This document shows, piece by piece, positions 30,696-39,549 of a stretch of DNA of 64,000 bases. Every line of letters starts with the position of its first letter. Positions within the stretch are counted from its first letter, which is position 1. The position numbers and the translations under genes are program-made. The notes beneath the pieces were generated by a model. The model did no database searches, was not told the origin of the DNA, and was given only the letters and a program-made list of their open reading frames with translations. This stretch comes from Candidatus Binatia bacterium (lineage in GTDB: Bacteria > Desulfobacterota > Binatia > Bin18), in the NCBI GenBank assembly GCA_963664395.2, contig OY761159.2, positions 256,001-320,000 of the forward strand. The letters are read 5' to 3'.

Positions 30696-32795
30696 ATGAC
30701 GTGGCGGTTAGCAGTAGACATTGGTGGGACGTTTACTGATGTTGTTGCGCTCGAAGAGACCAGCGGCGTGCTGCATTTAGCAAAAGTGCGCAGCACGCCG
30801 GACGATCCCGCGCAGGGCTTTCTGAACGGCCTTGAGCATATCACCCGGCAAGGGGCGATCCCGGCTCAAGACGTGAGCGCGATCTTTCACGGCACGACAG
30901 TTGCCACCAATGCCATCCTGGAGCGCAAGTATGCAGAGCTGGGTCTGATTATCACCACCGGCTACCGGGAGGCATTAGAGTGCGCGCGCCAGACAGTCCC
31001 CGGAGAATTTGGTGATATCACCTGGTGGATTAAGCCGCCGCGGGTGGTGCCACTCGAACGCATCCGTGAAATCAACGCCCGGATGGACGTTCGGGGCACG
31101 ATCACCCAGGCGCTGGACCGGGACGAAGTGGCGGCCATTGCGCAGGACTTCAAGGCGCAAGGCATTCAGGCCGTGGCCGTTTCGTTATTGCACTCTTACC
31201 GCAACACGGCGCACGAAGAAGAAATCCGGCGCATTATCCAGGACGTGTATCCGGAATGCTTCATTTCCATTTCGTCAGACATCTTACGCGAATACCGTGA
31301 GTACGAACGGACCAATACCACCTGCTTGAACACGGCCCTGATGCCCCTCCTGTCCGCGTATCACGCCCGCATTGAACAACACTTACGCAAACAGAACATC
31401 AGCGCACCGTTTTACATCATGCGCTCCAGCGGCGGACTGGCCCAGGCCCAAGAGGTCTCCCGCTTGCCGATTGCCGCGGCGCTCTCCGGCCCGGCGGCTG
31501 GTGTGATTGCGGCCACCCATTTTGGAGAGCTGAGCGGTAACCGGGACATTATTACCTTTGATATGGGTGGCACCTCGGCGGACATCTGCCTTGTCGAAGA
31601 CGGCAAGCCACATATGCTGACTGAGGGGAAAGTCGATATCTATGACCTGAAAACGCCGATGATCGAGCTGCATACCGTTGGGGCCGGCGGAGGGTCAATT
31701 GCCTGGTTGGCGGGCGGGCGGAGCCTGAAGGTGGGGCCGGATAGTGCTGGCGCGAATCCGGGGCCGGCCTGCTACGGTCGGGGCGGCACTCAGCCTACGG
31801 TCACTGATGCCAATCTGGTTCTGGGACGTATCACACCGACTATCGCCGGGGGGACGGTCTACCTGAACCCCAGTCAGGCCGCCCAGGTTATTGAAGAGCT
31901 CGCCGCGGGCTTAAAACTCGATAGTATAGCAGCGGCAGAAGGCGTTCTGCGCATTGCCATTGAAAACATTGCTGCCGGTATTCGGACGGTATCCGTGAAG
32001 CGCGGGCGTGATCCACGCAGCTACGCCTTGGTTGCGTTCGGCGGAGCAGGACCGCTCCACGCCTGTTACCTGGCGGACTGGCTCGGTATGCAGCGGGTCA
32101 TTATCCCGCCCAACCCAGGGGTGACTTCAGCCTATGGCCTGCTGCTGACCGATGTGCGCGTTGACCTGGTGCATACGGATGTTCAGCGTGAGGATCGCCT
32201 GGACTTGAACCGTATCGCGGCCGAAATGCAGGACCTTGAACGCCGGGTGACCACCCGTCTGGAGGACGAAGGCTTGCTCGCCCAAGAGACCCGTCTCGAC
32301 CATTTTGTGGACATGCGTTACGCTGGCCAAGCCTACGAGATTCGGATTCCACTCCCGCTTGATCCAGTTGATCCTGCTGATACTGCTGATCCTGCTGATA
32401 CTGCAACACAGTCCATTCAAACCCGCGTTCAGCGTGCAATCGTCGCTTTTCACGCCAGCCATAAGGACCTCTACGGCTACTCCTATGCGGGCAAGGAACT
32501 GGTTGAGCTGGTCAACGTTGGCGTAACAGGGCTGGGACTACTCAAACGCCCCCACGTGCCGGAAGCGCAACCAGCAGGCAAGAGCCCGCAGCACGCTCAG
32601 ACGGGTCAGACCGCGGTATATTTCTCCAAAAGCAAGCTGGACGCTCCGGTGTACGACCGGTCTGCGTTGCAGACGGGCAACGAGCTGAGCGGCCCGGCAA
32701 TCATCCAGCAGTACGACGCCACCACGGTTGTGGAGCCGGGTTGGAGCGGCGTGGTGGACCAATGGGGTACGCTCCGGCTTCAGCGGACTCAATAA
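30696..32795 (+). CDS. Hydantoinase/oxoprolinase A subunit (second copy)
   Basis: VDIGGTFTD, HGTTVATN, DMGGTS, DMRYAGQAYE. Confidence 0.93.
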   Translation: MTWRLAVDIGGTFTDVVALEETSGVLHLAKVRSTPDDPAQGFLNGLEHITRQGAIPAQDVSAIFHGTTVATNAILERKYAELGLIITTGYREALECARQTVPGEFGDITWWIKPPRVVPLERIREINARMDVRGTITQALDRDEVAAIAQDFKAQGIQAVAVSLLHSYRNTAHEEEIRRIIQDVYPECFISISSDILREYREYERTNTTCLNTALMPLLSAYHARIEQHLRKQNISAPFYIMRSSGGLAQAQEVSRLPIAAALSGPAAGVIAATHFGELSGNRDIITFDMGGTSADICLVEDGKPHMLTEGKVDIYDLKTPMIELHTVGAGGGSIAWLAGGRSLKVGPDSAGANPGPACYGRGGTQPTVTDANLVLGRITPTIAGGTVYLNPSQAAQVIEELAAGLKLDSIAAAEGVLRIAIENIAAGIRTVSVKRGRDPRSYALVAFGGAGPLHACYLADWLGMQRVIIPPNPGVTSAYGLLLTDVRVDLVHTDVQREDRLDLNRIAAEMQDLERRVTTRLEDEGLLAQETRLDHFVDMRYAGQAYEIRIPLPLDPVDPADTADPADTATQSIQTRVQRAIVAFHASHKDLYGYSYAGKELVELVNVGVTGLGLLKRPHVPEAQPAGKSPQHAQTGQTAVYFSKSKLDAPVYDRSALQTGNELSGPAIIQQYDATTVVEPGWSGVVDQWGTLRLQRTQ

Positions 32796-32839
32796 AGAAG
32801 TACGTTCAAAAAAGCGTGTTCCGGATACGGAGTGTCAGT

Positions 32840-34861
32840 ATGGCCGACCAGTTTTCGCACACCTATTATGAGAAAGCCAATGAGGAAGTAGCCTTTAAGG
32901 ACTACGCACCATTTCGGTACGGAAAAGTTGAGCAAGACCCAGCTGATGTCAGCCGCATCGAGGCGTTCAGAAAAAACCTGGACCCTATCCTGGTAGACAT
33001 TGTGGACGGTGGGATTGAAGCCGCCATCATGGAAGCCGAAGCCGCAGTCGAGCGGACCGCCCGTTCGACCATTATCCGCGAACAGCACGACTACCGCGCC
33101 TCGCTCAATACGCTCGACTGTCTGTCGGTCTCGCGCGTGTCCTGGGCCGCAACCGCCGACCCGATTCGGATGAAGTTTCCGGCTGAGAACATTTATGCCG
33201 GCGACGTGTTCATCTACAACGATGTCTACGAATCAGCCGGAACGATTGGGCATTTACCCGACTATTGTGTGGTCACTCCCATTTTTTGGAACGAGCGGCT
33301 GATTGGATTTGCGCAGATTTTCGGACATGTCAATGACGTTGGCGGCCGTATGGCAGGCTCCTGGCCGAATACCTCGACCAGCATTTTTGAGGAAGGCACC
33401 ATCTGTCCGCCCGTCAAGTTGTACGAAAAGGGTCAGCTCAACGAGGGGCTGTACGATATCCTGCTGCGCAACAGTCGTTTCCCTGAAGACCTGCGTGGCG
33501 ACATTGATGCCTTTGTGGGCGCGAATGAGGTCATCCGCCGCCGGGTGACGGAATTATGCGATCGTTTTGGCGGCAACGAGGTGGAAGCCGCGTTTTACGA
33601 AATTCTCGACCGCTGCGCTGAGGTCGTGCGCGAGAAAGGCCTGCCCCTTTTCCCTGAGGGGGAATTCACGGGCGAGGATTTTATTGAGAACGACGGCCTG
33701 ACACTGGACAAGCCGGTCAAGCTCCAGCTCATCATGCGCAAGTATGCGGACAAGATGATTCTGGATTTCGAGGGCACCAGTCCCCAAGCCAAGGGGCCCA
33801 TCAACTGGCCGGTCGATGGCCGCCATTACTCCAAATGGCTCGGCGCATTTTTCAAGGCGCAGATTCCCGGCATCATCATTAACGAAGGCGTGACCCAGGT
33901 TTTTCGGTGTCGTGTTCCACAAGGGACAATTCTGAGCCCGGAGTTTCCGGCTCCGGTGGTGAGTCGCATGACCTGTATGTTGCGCATGATTAGTGCCTAC
34001 ACAGTCGCCCTGGCCAAAGCCTTTGACGGGGAAGTGGTGGCCGACATGCAGAACATCCAAATCTACGGCCTGTACGGACAGGACTTTGAAGGCAACCTCT
34101 TTCTGATGCGTGAAATTTTTGGTGCGGGTTCGGGCGCACGGCCGTATGCAGACGGAACCGACGCCGTGGACTTGGTGCCCTACTCCAAAAACCTGCCGGC
34201 GGAATTCATTGAACAGCGCTTCCCGGTTGAAGTCCGCCGCGTTGGTCTGGCGACCGATTCGGGCGGGGCCGGGAAATATCGTGGCGGGCTGGGGTATGAG
34301 AAAGAGATTCGGACGCTGGTCAATGGCCATTATCTGACGGTCACGGAGCGGACCGCCTTTGCCTGCACGGGGATCAAAGGCGGCAAGTGGGGCGCGCCGA
34401 GTTCGTCCATCAAGAACCCAGGCACCCCGGAAGAAGAGCACGTCTACTTCAGCCGGGATGCCATTCCGGTCAAAGCGGGCGATATTATTCGCCTCACCAC
34501 CCCAGGCGGCGGCGGTTGGGGCGACCCCTTGGAGCGCGACATCGAAGCTGTTCGTATGGATGTGGTCCGCAGGCTCGTCTCGCCCGAGCGGGCCGAGCGG
34601 GATTATGGGGTCGTCCTGGACCCGGTCACGAATGCAGTCGATCAATCGGCCACAGCCCAACTCCGTAAACAACGGGCCGAAGAACGCGGCCCGGTCAAAC
34701 TGATCGATCGCGGACCGTATGCCGAGACCTTAATCAAAAAGGGCTTGCTGGACGTATCCGACCCGGAGCTTGAGTGCCTCGACTGCGCCGACGATGCGGT
34801 GCTGGATCACTATTGGAAGGATTTATACAAGTACACGCCCCGGCCGGCAGGGGGAGTGTAA
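32840..34861 (+). CDS. Hydantoinase B/oxoprolinase family subunit
   Basis: RTARSTIIRE, GHLPD, HVNDVGG, DSGGAGKYRGG, TPGGGGWGDP. Confidence 0.93.
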   Translation: MADQFSHTYYEKANEEVAFKDYAPFRYGKVEQDPADVSRIEAFRKNLDPILVDIVDGGIEAAIMEAEAAVERTARSTIIREQHDYRASLNTLDCLSVSRVSWAATADPIRMKFPAENIYAGDVFIYNDVYESAGTIGHLPDYCVVTPIFWNERLIGFAQIFGHVNDVGGRMAGSWPNTSTSIFEEGTICPPVKLYEKGQLNEGLYDILLRNSRFPEDLRGDIDAFVGANEVIRRRVTELCDRFGGNEVEAAFYEILDRCAEVVREKGLPLFPEGEFTGEDFIENDGLTLDKPVKLQLIMRKYADKMILDFEGTSPQAKGPINWPVDGRHYSKWLGAFFKAQIPGIIINEGVTQVFRCRVPQGTILSPEFPAPVVSRMTCMLRMISAYTVALAKAFDGEVVADMQNIQIYGLYGQDFEGNLFLMREIFGAGSGARPYADGTDAVDLVPYSKNLPAEFIEQRFPVEVRRVGLATDSGGAGKYRGGLGYEKEIRTLVNGHYLTVTERTAFACTGIKGGKWGAPSSSIKNPGTPEEEHVYFSRDAIPVKAGDIIRLTTPGGGGWGDPLERDIEAVRMDVVRRLVSPERAERDYGVVLDPVTNAVDQSATAQLRKQRAEERGPVKLIDRGPYAETLIKKGLLDVSDPELECLDCADDAVLDHYWKDLYKYTPRPAGGV

Positions 34862-34865
34862 TGTC

Positions 34866-34920
34866 TGCTCCCTCTCCCTCCAGGGGAGAGGGCTGGGGAA
34901 ATTCAAACTGAGACCCTGCC
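34866..34920 (+). repeat. CCCTCTCCC/GGGAGAGGG REP-like hairpin plus TTCAAACTGAGACCCTGCC motif
   Basis: Hairpin visible; related reverse copy at 49205-49240. Confidence 0.65.
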
Positions 34921-34929
34921 GGCTATTCC

Positions 34930-35145
34930 TCATGCTGGCGAAGAATCTTCGCGTCTAGCAAGCCTTGTAACATTTCTTTGTAATCTTCGTTGAGCATCAG
35001 CCGGTCTCATGAAGGCCCACGTCTCGCGGGTAATCGGCCAAACGAGAGCGATTCGGGTCGCGGGGTCGCCTTTGACATACCCGTCATTGTCAGCTTCCAG
35101 GCGTGTCAGACGTGTGACCGAACGGTCTAGTTTTGTCGTTTCCAT
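34930..35145 (-). CDS. Small hypothetical protein resembling partners of nucleotidyltransferase TA-like pairs
   Basis: RIALVWPITRETW...RRLQRNVTRL. Confidence 0.55.
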   Translation of the reverse strand: METTKLDRSVTRLTRLEADNDGYVKGDPATRIALVWPITRETWAFMRPADAQRRLQRNVTRLARREDSSPA

Positions 35146-35150
35146 CGTCT

Positions 35151-35708
35151 TTAGCGGTGCGTCTCTTTGAATTTCTTACCGTTGACCTTGCCTTTGTGTC
35201 TGACCGCACCACCGGGGAACACTTCGATTGTACCCTTATGGCGGTTGCCGAGACTGTCTTTGTATTTGTAGGTGTGGCGGCTGTAATCACCCACGCTAAA
35301 GCTGTTGCTGTGCGACTTGTACGTGTAGTCCGGCAATGACGGACTCGGGTGCGGACTGCGGTATTTGCCCTTGGTTACGGTCGTCCCGCCGGGGAGCACC
35401 TGGGTCTTGCTCTTGTAGCGGTTGCCGAGGCTGTCTTTGTATTTGTAGGTGTGGCGGCTGTAATCGCCTACGCTGAAGCTCTTGCTGTGCGACTTGTACG
35501 TGTAGTCCGGCAATGACGGGCTTGTATACGACGGGCTACGGGAGGGACTGGAATACGGACTCGAGTACGATGGACTACTGCGGGGACTGGAATACGGTCG
35601 GCTGTACGGGTCAGCGAACACTGACTCGGGAACGATTGGAACGAGCGCGAATGCAGCGACAAGAAGTATCCGCGTCACGGTTTTCATGCTGTCCGGGATG
35701 ATGTTCAT
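35151..35708 (-). CDS. Secreted Ser/Tyr/Lys-rich protein with internal duplication
   Basis: Signal peptide ending VFA; PYSSP repeats; SLPDYTYKSHS.SFSVGDYSRHTYKYKDSLGNR twice. Confidence 0.75.
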   Translation of the reverse strand: MNIIPDSMKTVTRILLVAAFALVPIVPESVFADPYSRPYSSPRSSPSYSSPYSSPSRSPSYTSPSLPDYTYKSHSKSFSVGDYSRHTYKYKDSLGNRYKSKTQVLPGGTTVTKGKYRSPHPSPSLPDYTYKSHSNSFSVGDYSRHTYKYKDSLGNRHKGTIEVFPGGAVRHKGKVNGKKFKETHR

Positions 35709-36018
35709 CGCGTTCCCCTCCTCTCTTAGCCGTAGGTCGGATTAGCGCAGCGTAATCCGACATCTTCCGAACACTCACCTGATTCACGCTCTTCCACGCG
35801 GCAAAGTCAAGCATTTCGAGGGTAATGCCTCGCTCCCATTCTGCATGAGCTTGGCTCAGCAGTGCCTCATTCACCTCTGCGGAAACGTATTCTTCTCCAC
35901 AATTGTTGCAGATTTGGGCCGGGACTTTCTTGAACACAACCGTTGTCTGGTCGCGTTCCAAGACGATAGTAGCGTATCCGCCTGTGGTCGTCCCGTTCTG
36001 ACAGATCGCGCATTTCAT
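35611..36018 (-). CDS. YgiT-type zinc-finger (MqsA-like) protein with read-through extension
   Basis: CAIC...CNNCGE; TAG of copy 2 is TGG here. Confidence 0.8.
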   Translation of the reverse strand: MKCAICQNGTTTGGYATIVLERDQTTVVFKKVPAQICNNCGEEYVSAEVNEALLSQAHAEWERGITLEMLDFAAWKSVNQVSVRKMSDYAALIRPTAKRGGERDEHHPGQHENRDADTSCRCIRARSNRSRVSVR

Positions 36019-36065
36019 ATGATCCGCCGTGAAAAATTATTCATCCACTGAAGAATATCCGGTTC
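35729..36065. repeat. Direct repeat copy 1 (REP hairpin, YgiT zinc-finger gene, DUF4258 3' stub)
   Basis: High visible similarity to 40727-41056. Confidence 0.9.
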
Positions 36066-36079
36066 AGACCCCTCTACTG

Positions 36080-36904
36080 TTAATCCGGGCTATTTGCGAT
36101 CCGATAGCCTTTGTCGGTAACGCGGAAAATTTCTCCCGTCCTCTCACCAAAGTCCTTAATTAGATCTAAGTTGTTCAGTTCATCAACAGCACTCCTCCAT
36201 CTTGCAACAGACCTTGAGTCTCCAGACTCTGCAAATTGCCTTCCGTTGGTCTGAACTTGGTTACTGATCCTGCAAATTACGCCCTGCGGAGTTTGAATCG
36301 CCGCAAGTAAAAGTTCCCGCGCGGGGTCGGACAAGGAAGAAGCTACTTCCTGTTCTGGAGACTGACTGATACCACTGGAGTCTGCTGAGGGATTCGCAAA
36401 ATGGTGAATCACTGTTTGAGCGAGTTGTCTCAAAAACTTATCCTTGAACTGCTCAGGAGTCTCGTACTCCTCAATAAGCCCTTTTTGTTTACAGGACTCT
36501 TTGAATGCCTTGAGGGCAGAGTACTGCCCATTGTCAATACTGTCAGGATGAACAGGTGCTGAGGAGAAATAGATCATTGCTGGTTTATCGGCGTTGAGGT
36601 GCTTTTCAATCTCCTCAACGGTCCCGCTCGGGGCAACTCCGGTGGGGCTACCAAGGCGGGTCCAGAAAACTGCAACGAGAAGGTCAGCATCATACAACAA
36701 TTGCCTATTGATGATCTCTTGCGGCCTGTCCCTCATTTCGGGCGAGGTGTGGGTCTCCCAGCTAAGAGGTAGCAAAACAACACTGCGATCCCTCGCATGG
36801 GTCGCGTTCCAATCGCTAATCACGTCTCGGATGATATTACGCTCTTTAGAGACATCGCTGGGCGAGGCGATCATGATTTCTATAACGGTTGCCGTGTATC
36901 CCAC
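36080..36904 (-). CDS. DUF4062 (TIR/NDT-like) domain protein with C-terminal helical/winged-helix-like domain
   Basis: IASPSDV..ER, WE, PQEIIN, FWTRLGSPT..SGTVEEI; GTG start after GGAGG. Confidence 0.85.
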   Translation of the reverse strand: MGYTATVIEIMIASPSDVSKERNIIRDVISDWNATHARDRSVVLLPLSWETHTSPEMRDRPQEIINRQLLYDADLLVAVFWTRLGSPTGVAPSGTVEEIEKHLNADKPAMIYFSSAPVHPDSIDNGQYSALKAFKESCKQKGLIEEYETPEQFKDKFLRQLAQTVIHHFANPSADSSGISQSPEQEVASSLSDPARELLLAAIQTPQGVICRISNQVQTNGRQFAESGDSRSVARWRSAVDELNNLDLIKDFGERTGEIFRVTDKGYRIANSPD

Positions 36905-36941
36905 TCGGATAACCTCCAAGGAACAATTAACCAAAAGCCAA

Positions 36942-37898
36942 TCAACTTCCCTTTGGCAATAAAAAGATCAACTTGGGTTCCTCACTATCACCAGCATCCT
37001 TCCATTCTTCCCAGGAAAGCCCGCTTCGCTGTACGAAATCAATCTCTTGCTGATAGCCCGCTATTTGAGATGTCGTATTCGGGATCAATTCCTTGATCTC
37101 TTTCAGCATACACTTGGTCTCTCTCGGCATCTGCATCAGTGGGATTGGATTTTCGTCGAAATGTTGAAGGGGATACAAATACGATTCGCGGATTTCTTCG
37201 TTTTCCTTGCGCATCCTCTGCACGCTTTGTACCGCTAGATTATTCTCGTTCAGAAATAATTCACACTGCACGAGGGCAATACGACTACACGCCCATGTTC
37301 GATAGCTGAGGTCAAAAAGATCAGGTCTTGATAAATATTTTTTCGTAGTAATCAATTCATCCAAAAAGGACTTTGAGCGGTTTGCCGATTCAATCAACCT
37401 GTTCCTGGCGTCAGTCAGTCCTTGCCGTCGAAGGTCCATGGAGGAGGCGAGGACGGCTGTGCTGGCTATTTCAAGGGCGGCTTTCATTTTTCCGACCATT
37501 TCCAGGTCTTGCTTCCGTGAAATCCATTGCACCTCAACAAGAACCTCGTCCAGTTTCTTGTGAATCTCTTGAAGGCCGGCCTGTATCTTATTCAGCTTTG
37601 AGATGACAACGGCAAAACCAATTGCACTGACTCCGAGGTTTAATATTTGCATACCCAAGGCCGCCGTGGACAAAGAACGAAGGCTCGCTAGCTGGGACGA
37701 CAGCAAGGGCGAAGACGGGAGATTCCCCTTTGCTAGTTCTTGCGAAAGTCCACTTGACTCACGCAAAAATGTGACGATCTCACCACTGCCGTTTCTGACG
37801 ACTCCGCCTTCACGGGTGAATGTTCCATCTGTCAGCCCTTTTTTGATCCAGTCTGGCAGTTTTAATGTAACGTCAACAAAATCATAGATACTGCTCAT
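36942..37898 (-). CDS. Uncharacterised 318-aa protein with hydrophobic segment and coiled coil
   Basis: REGGVVRN.SGEIVTFLRE; LGMQILNLGVSAIGFAVV followed by heptad pattern; ATGA-coupled to the upstream gene. Confidence 0.8.
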   Translation of the reverse strand: MSSIYDFVDVTLKLPDWIKKGLTDGTFTREGGVVRNGSGEIVTFLRESSGLSQELAKGNLPSSPLLSSQLASLRSLSTAALGMQILNLGVSAIGFAVVISKLNKIQAGLQEIHKKLDEVLVEVQWISRKQDLEMVGKMKAALEIASTAVLASSMDLRRQGLTDARNRLIESANRSKSFLDELITTKKYLSRPDLFDLSYRTWACSRIALVQCELFLNENNLAVQSVQRMRKENEEIRESYLYPLQHFDENPIPLMQMPRETKCMLKEIKELIPNTTSQIAGYQQEIDFVQRSGLSWEEWKDAGDSEEPKLIFLLPKGS

Positions 37899-38608
37899 TC
37901 GCCGTCTCCGAAGTCCTCGCGAGCCTGTATCTTCTTACGGAGATAGGCCACATGACAGACGCAAGGGATGGTCACTCGATATGCCGGTCCAGCAATGCTA
38001 ATCGCCGTCCATATCCCCGTTATTACCCAACCGATAGGCCCAGCAAGGATAGTGACAACTCTTCCACCTATTCCGCCTATCACGCGGCCCAATACCATTT
38101 TTGCTATACCATTAGCCACCGTTGCCGCCATTAGAAGAGCCAGAGGAGAGCCAGCACTAAAATCCAAATTATCGCCCCCTTCTTTCTTGAAAGCTTTAAA
38201 GACTTCCTCTTTCTCTTTATCGCCCATCCCCTTTAAGCTCCGCTTGACTATCTCCTTTATAATTTTCATCTCAACTCGTTCAACCGAGTCATAATATTCG
38301 TCATCCACTCCCAGTTTGTTCGCTACGTCTTGCACAATCTCTTTATAGGGTGGTCCTTCACCTGGAAGAAATGGAAGGATAGGTGCAAGAATGATAGGCG
38401 GGCAACCGCGGTATTTATTGACAATAGTATTTCCCCCAAAAAGTCTTAGGTGGTGAGCCATTTCCTCGACGTATTTGGAGTGGTCAGGATAGTATTTTTG
38501 ATATTTTGCTTCCTTGGAAAGCCTCCCTGTAACGGGCTTTGTCAAATATGATACCAATGGTCCTAAATCTTCGTTTGACGATTCTCGCAATACGCGAATA
38601 AGTTCCAT
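37895..38608 (-). CDS. YaaW/DUF3944-like (UPF0174) protein
   Basis: NEDLGPLVSYL, FGGNTI, YKEIVQDVANKL, GPIGW..AGPAYRVTIPCV; internal AAGGA RBS before ATG 38608. Confidence 0.8.
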   Translation of the reverse strand: MELIRVLRESSNEDLGPLVSYLTKPVTGRLSKEAKYQKYYPDHSKYVEEMAHHLRLFGGNTIVNKYRGCPPIILAPILPFLPGEGPPYKEIVQDVANKLGVDDEYYDSVERVEMKIIKEIVKRSLKGMGDKEKEEVFKAFKKEGGDNLDFSAGSPLALLMAATVANGIAKMVLGRVIGGIGGRVVTILAGPIGWVITGIWTAISIAGPAYRVTIPCVCHVAYLRKKIQAREDFGDGE

Positions 38609-38644
38609 GTCAGTATTCCTTAGCTGATGAATGATTGGTTGTTC

Positions 38645-38923
38645 TAACCCTGGCGAATCCGGGCGAATCCGTCGGTATCGTTTGCCGCACGTCACGACTT
38701 GACCATCAGCCACAACTACGTAGTCACGCCAATGCCCCTCAAGTCGTCGAGAAACGTCCTGCCTCTTGGAGTGAAGAACGCGCCGCCGGCCACGCTTGCC
38801 GAAGTAGAATATTTCGCCACTACGACCGGCAGGTGTCCGCTCGCCATAGTCAAGAAGTAAATTCACGACGCTTGACGATATGGCGCGCTGTTGCATGCGG
38901 ACTATGGCGTGAGCCGTGTACAT
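38645..38923 (-). CDS. DUF4258-like small protein, now reading through in frame into the yaaW-like gene
   Basis: TAHAIVRMQQRAI..LLLDYG..VVVADGQVVT; AAGGAGG RBS; 10-bp duplication moves its TAG out of frame. Confidence 0.65.
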
Positions 38924-38937
38924 ACTCCCTCCTTAGG

Positions 38938-39354
38938 TTACTCTTCATCAGAGTCTTCGTCTTCTCCGTCGGAGCCAGACAGGAGCCAGCCGAGGCCGGC
39001 TGCGGCTATTACTCCGAGGAGTCCGAAGCTTAACAGACTAGCACCGGACACTAATCTACTGACGGTAGTACCAGCCACAATCCCAAGGCCAGCCGGACTG
39101 ATAAGTTTTTTCAGAATTTCCTCAGCTTTTGAGTTCCCAGCTCTTGCTTCACGAGCGGTTCGGTACAACAGATCAATAAGGTCTGCTTGCTTCCCTCTTG
39201 GCTGCGCTTCGTCATTGAGCCAACGAAATATCGAAGACTGCGCTACGCCGAAAATCCTGGCTAAGTGGGCTGGTCCAGATTCCAGACCGAGCTTCGAGAG
39301 TGTCTTTTGGATGACTTCCAGCTTCGCCTTTACCGACGCTTGTCTTTTTTCCAT
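38938..39354 (-). CDS. XRE-like HTH protein with hydrophobic Gly-rich C-terminus and acidic tail
   Basis: LARIFGVAQSSIFRW HTH; GLGIVAG..FGLLGVIAAAGLGWLL. Confidence 0.8.
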   Translation of the reverse strand: MEKRQASVKAKLEVIQKTLSKLGLESGPAHLARIFGVAQSSIFRWLNDEAQPRGKQADLIDLLYRTAREARAGNSKAEEILKKLISPAGLGIVAGTTVSRLVSGASLLSFGLLGVIAAAGLGWLLSGSDGEDEDSDEE

Positions 39355-39366
39355 ACCTTTCTTATA

Positions 39367-39419
39367 CTCCCAAAGGTAGCTATCAATGGGAGCATAGAAA
39401 GCTGTATCTTTCTTGTCAA
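39367..39419 (-). promoter_or_regulatory. Sigma70 promoter with two overlapping palindromes
   Basis: TTGACA-17-TATGCT; AGAAAG-N6-CTTTCT in the spacer; CTCCCA-N14-TGGGAG over the start region. Confidence 0.7.
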
Positions 39420-39549
39420 TGCCCTAAATGTTTTGCAGCAAAGTGAGCAGGCATCAGTCCGGGACGGACCGGCTCGGAGAAGGATGGTGGAGGTAGGGCC
39501 GCAGTGCGGCTCATTACGGAGGAGCTAAGAATGTCAGATGTACCGGTCT

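Noticed and set aside
33554-34672. 372-aa minus-strand ORF
   Set aside because: Antisense shadow of hydantoinase B; common in GC-rich DNA.
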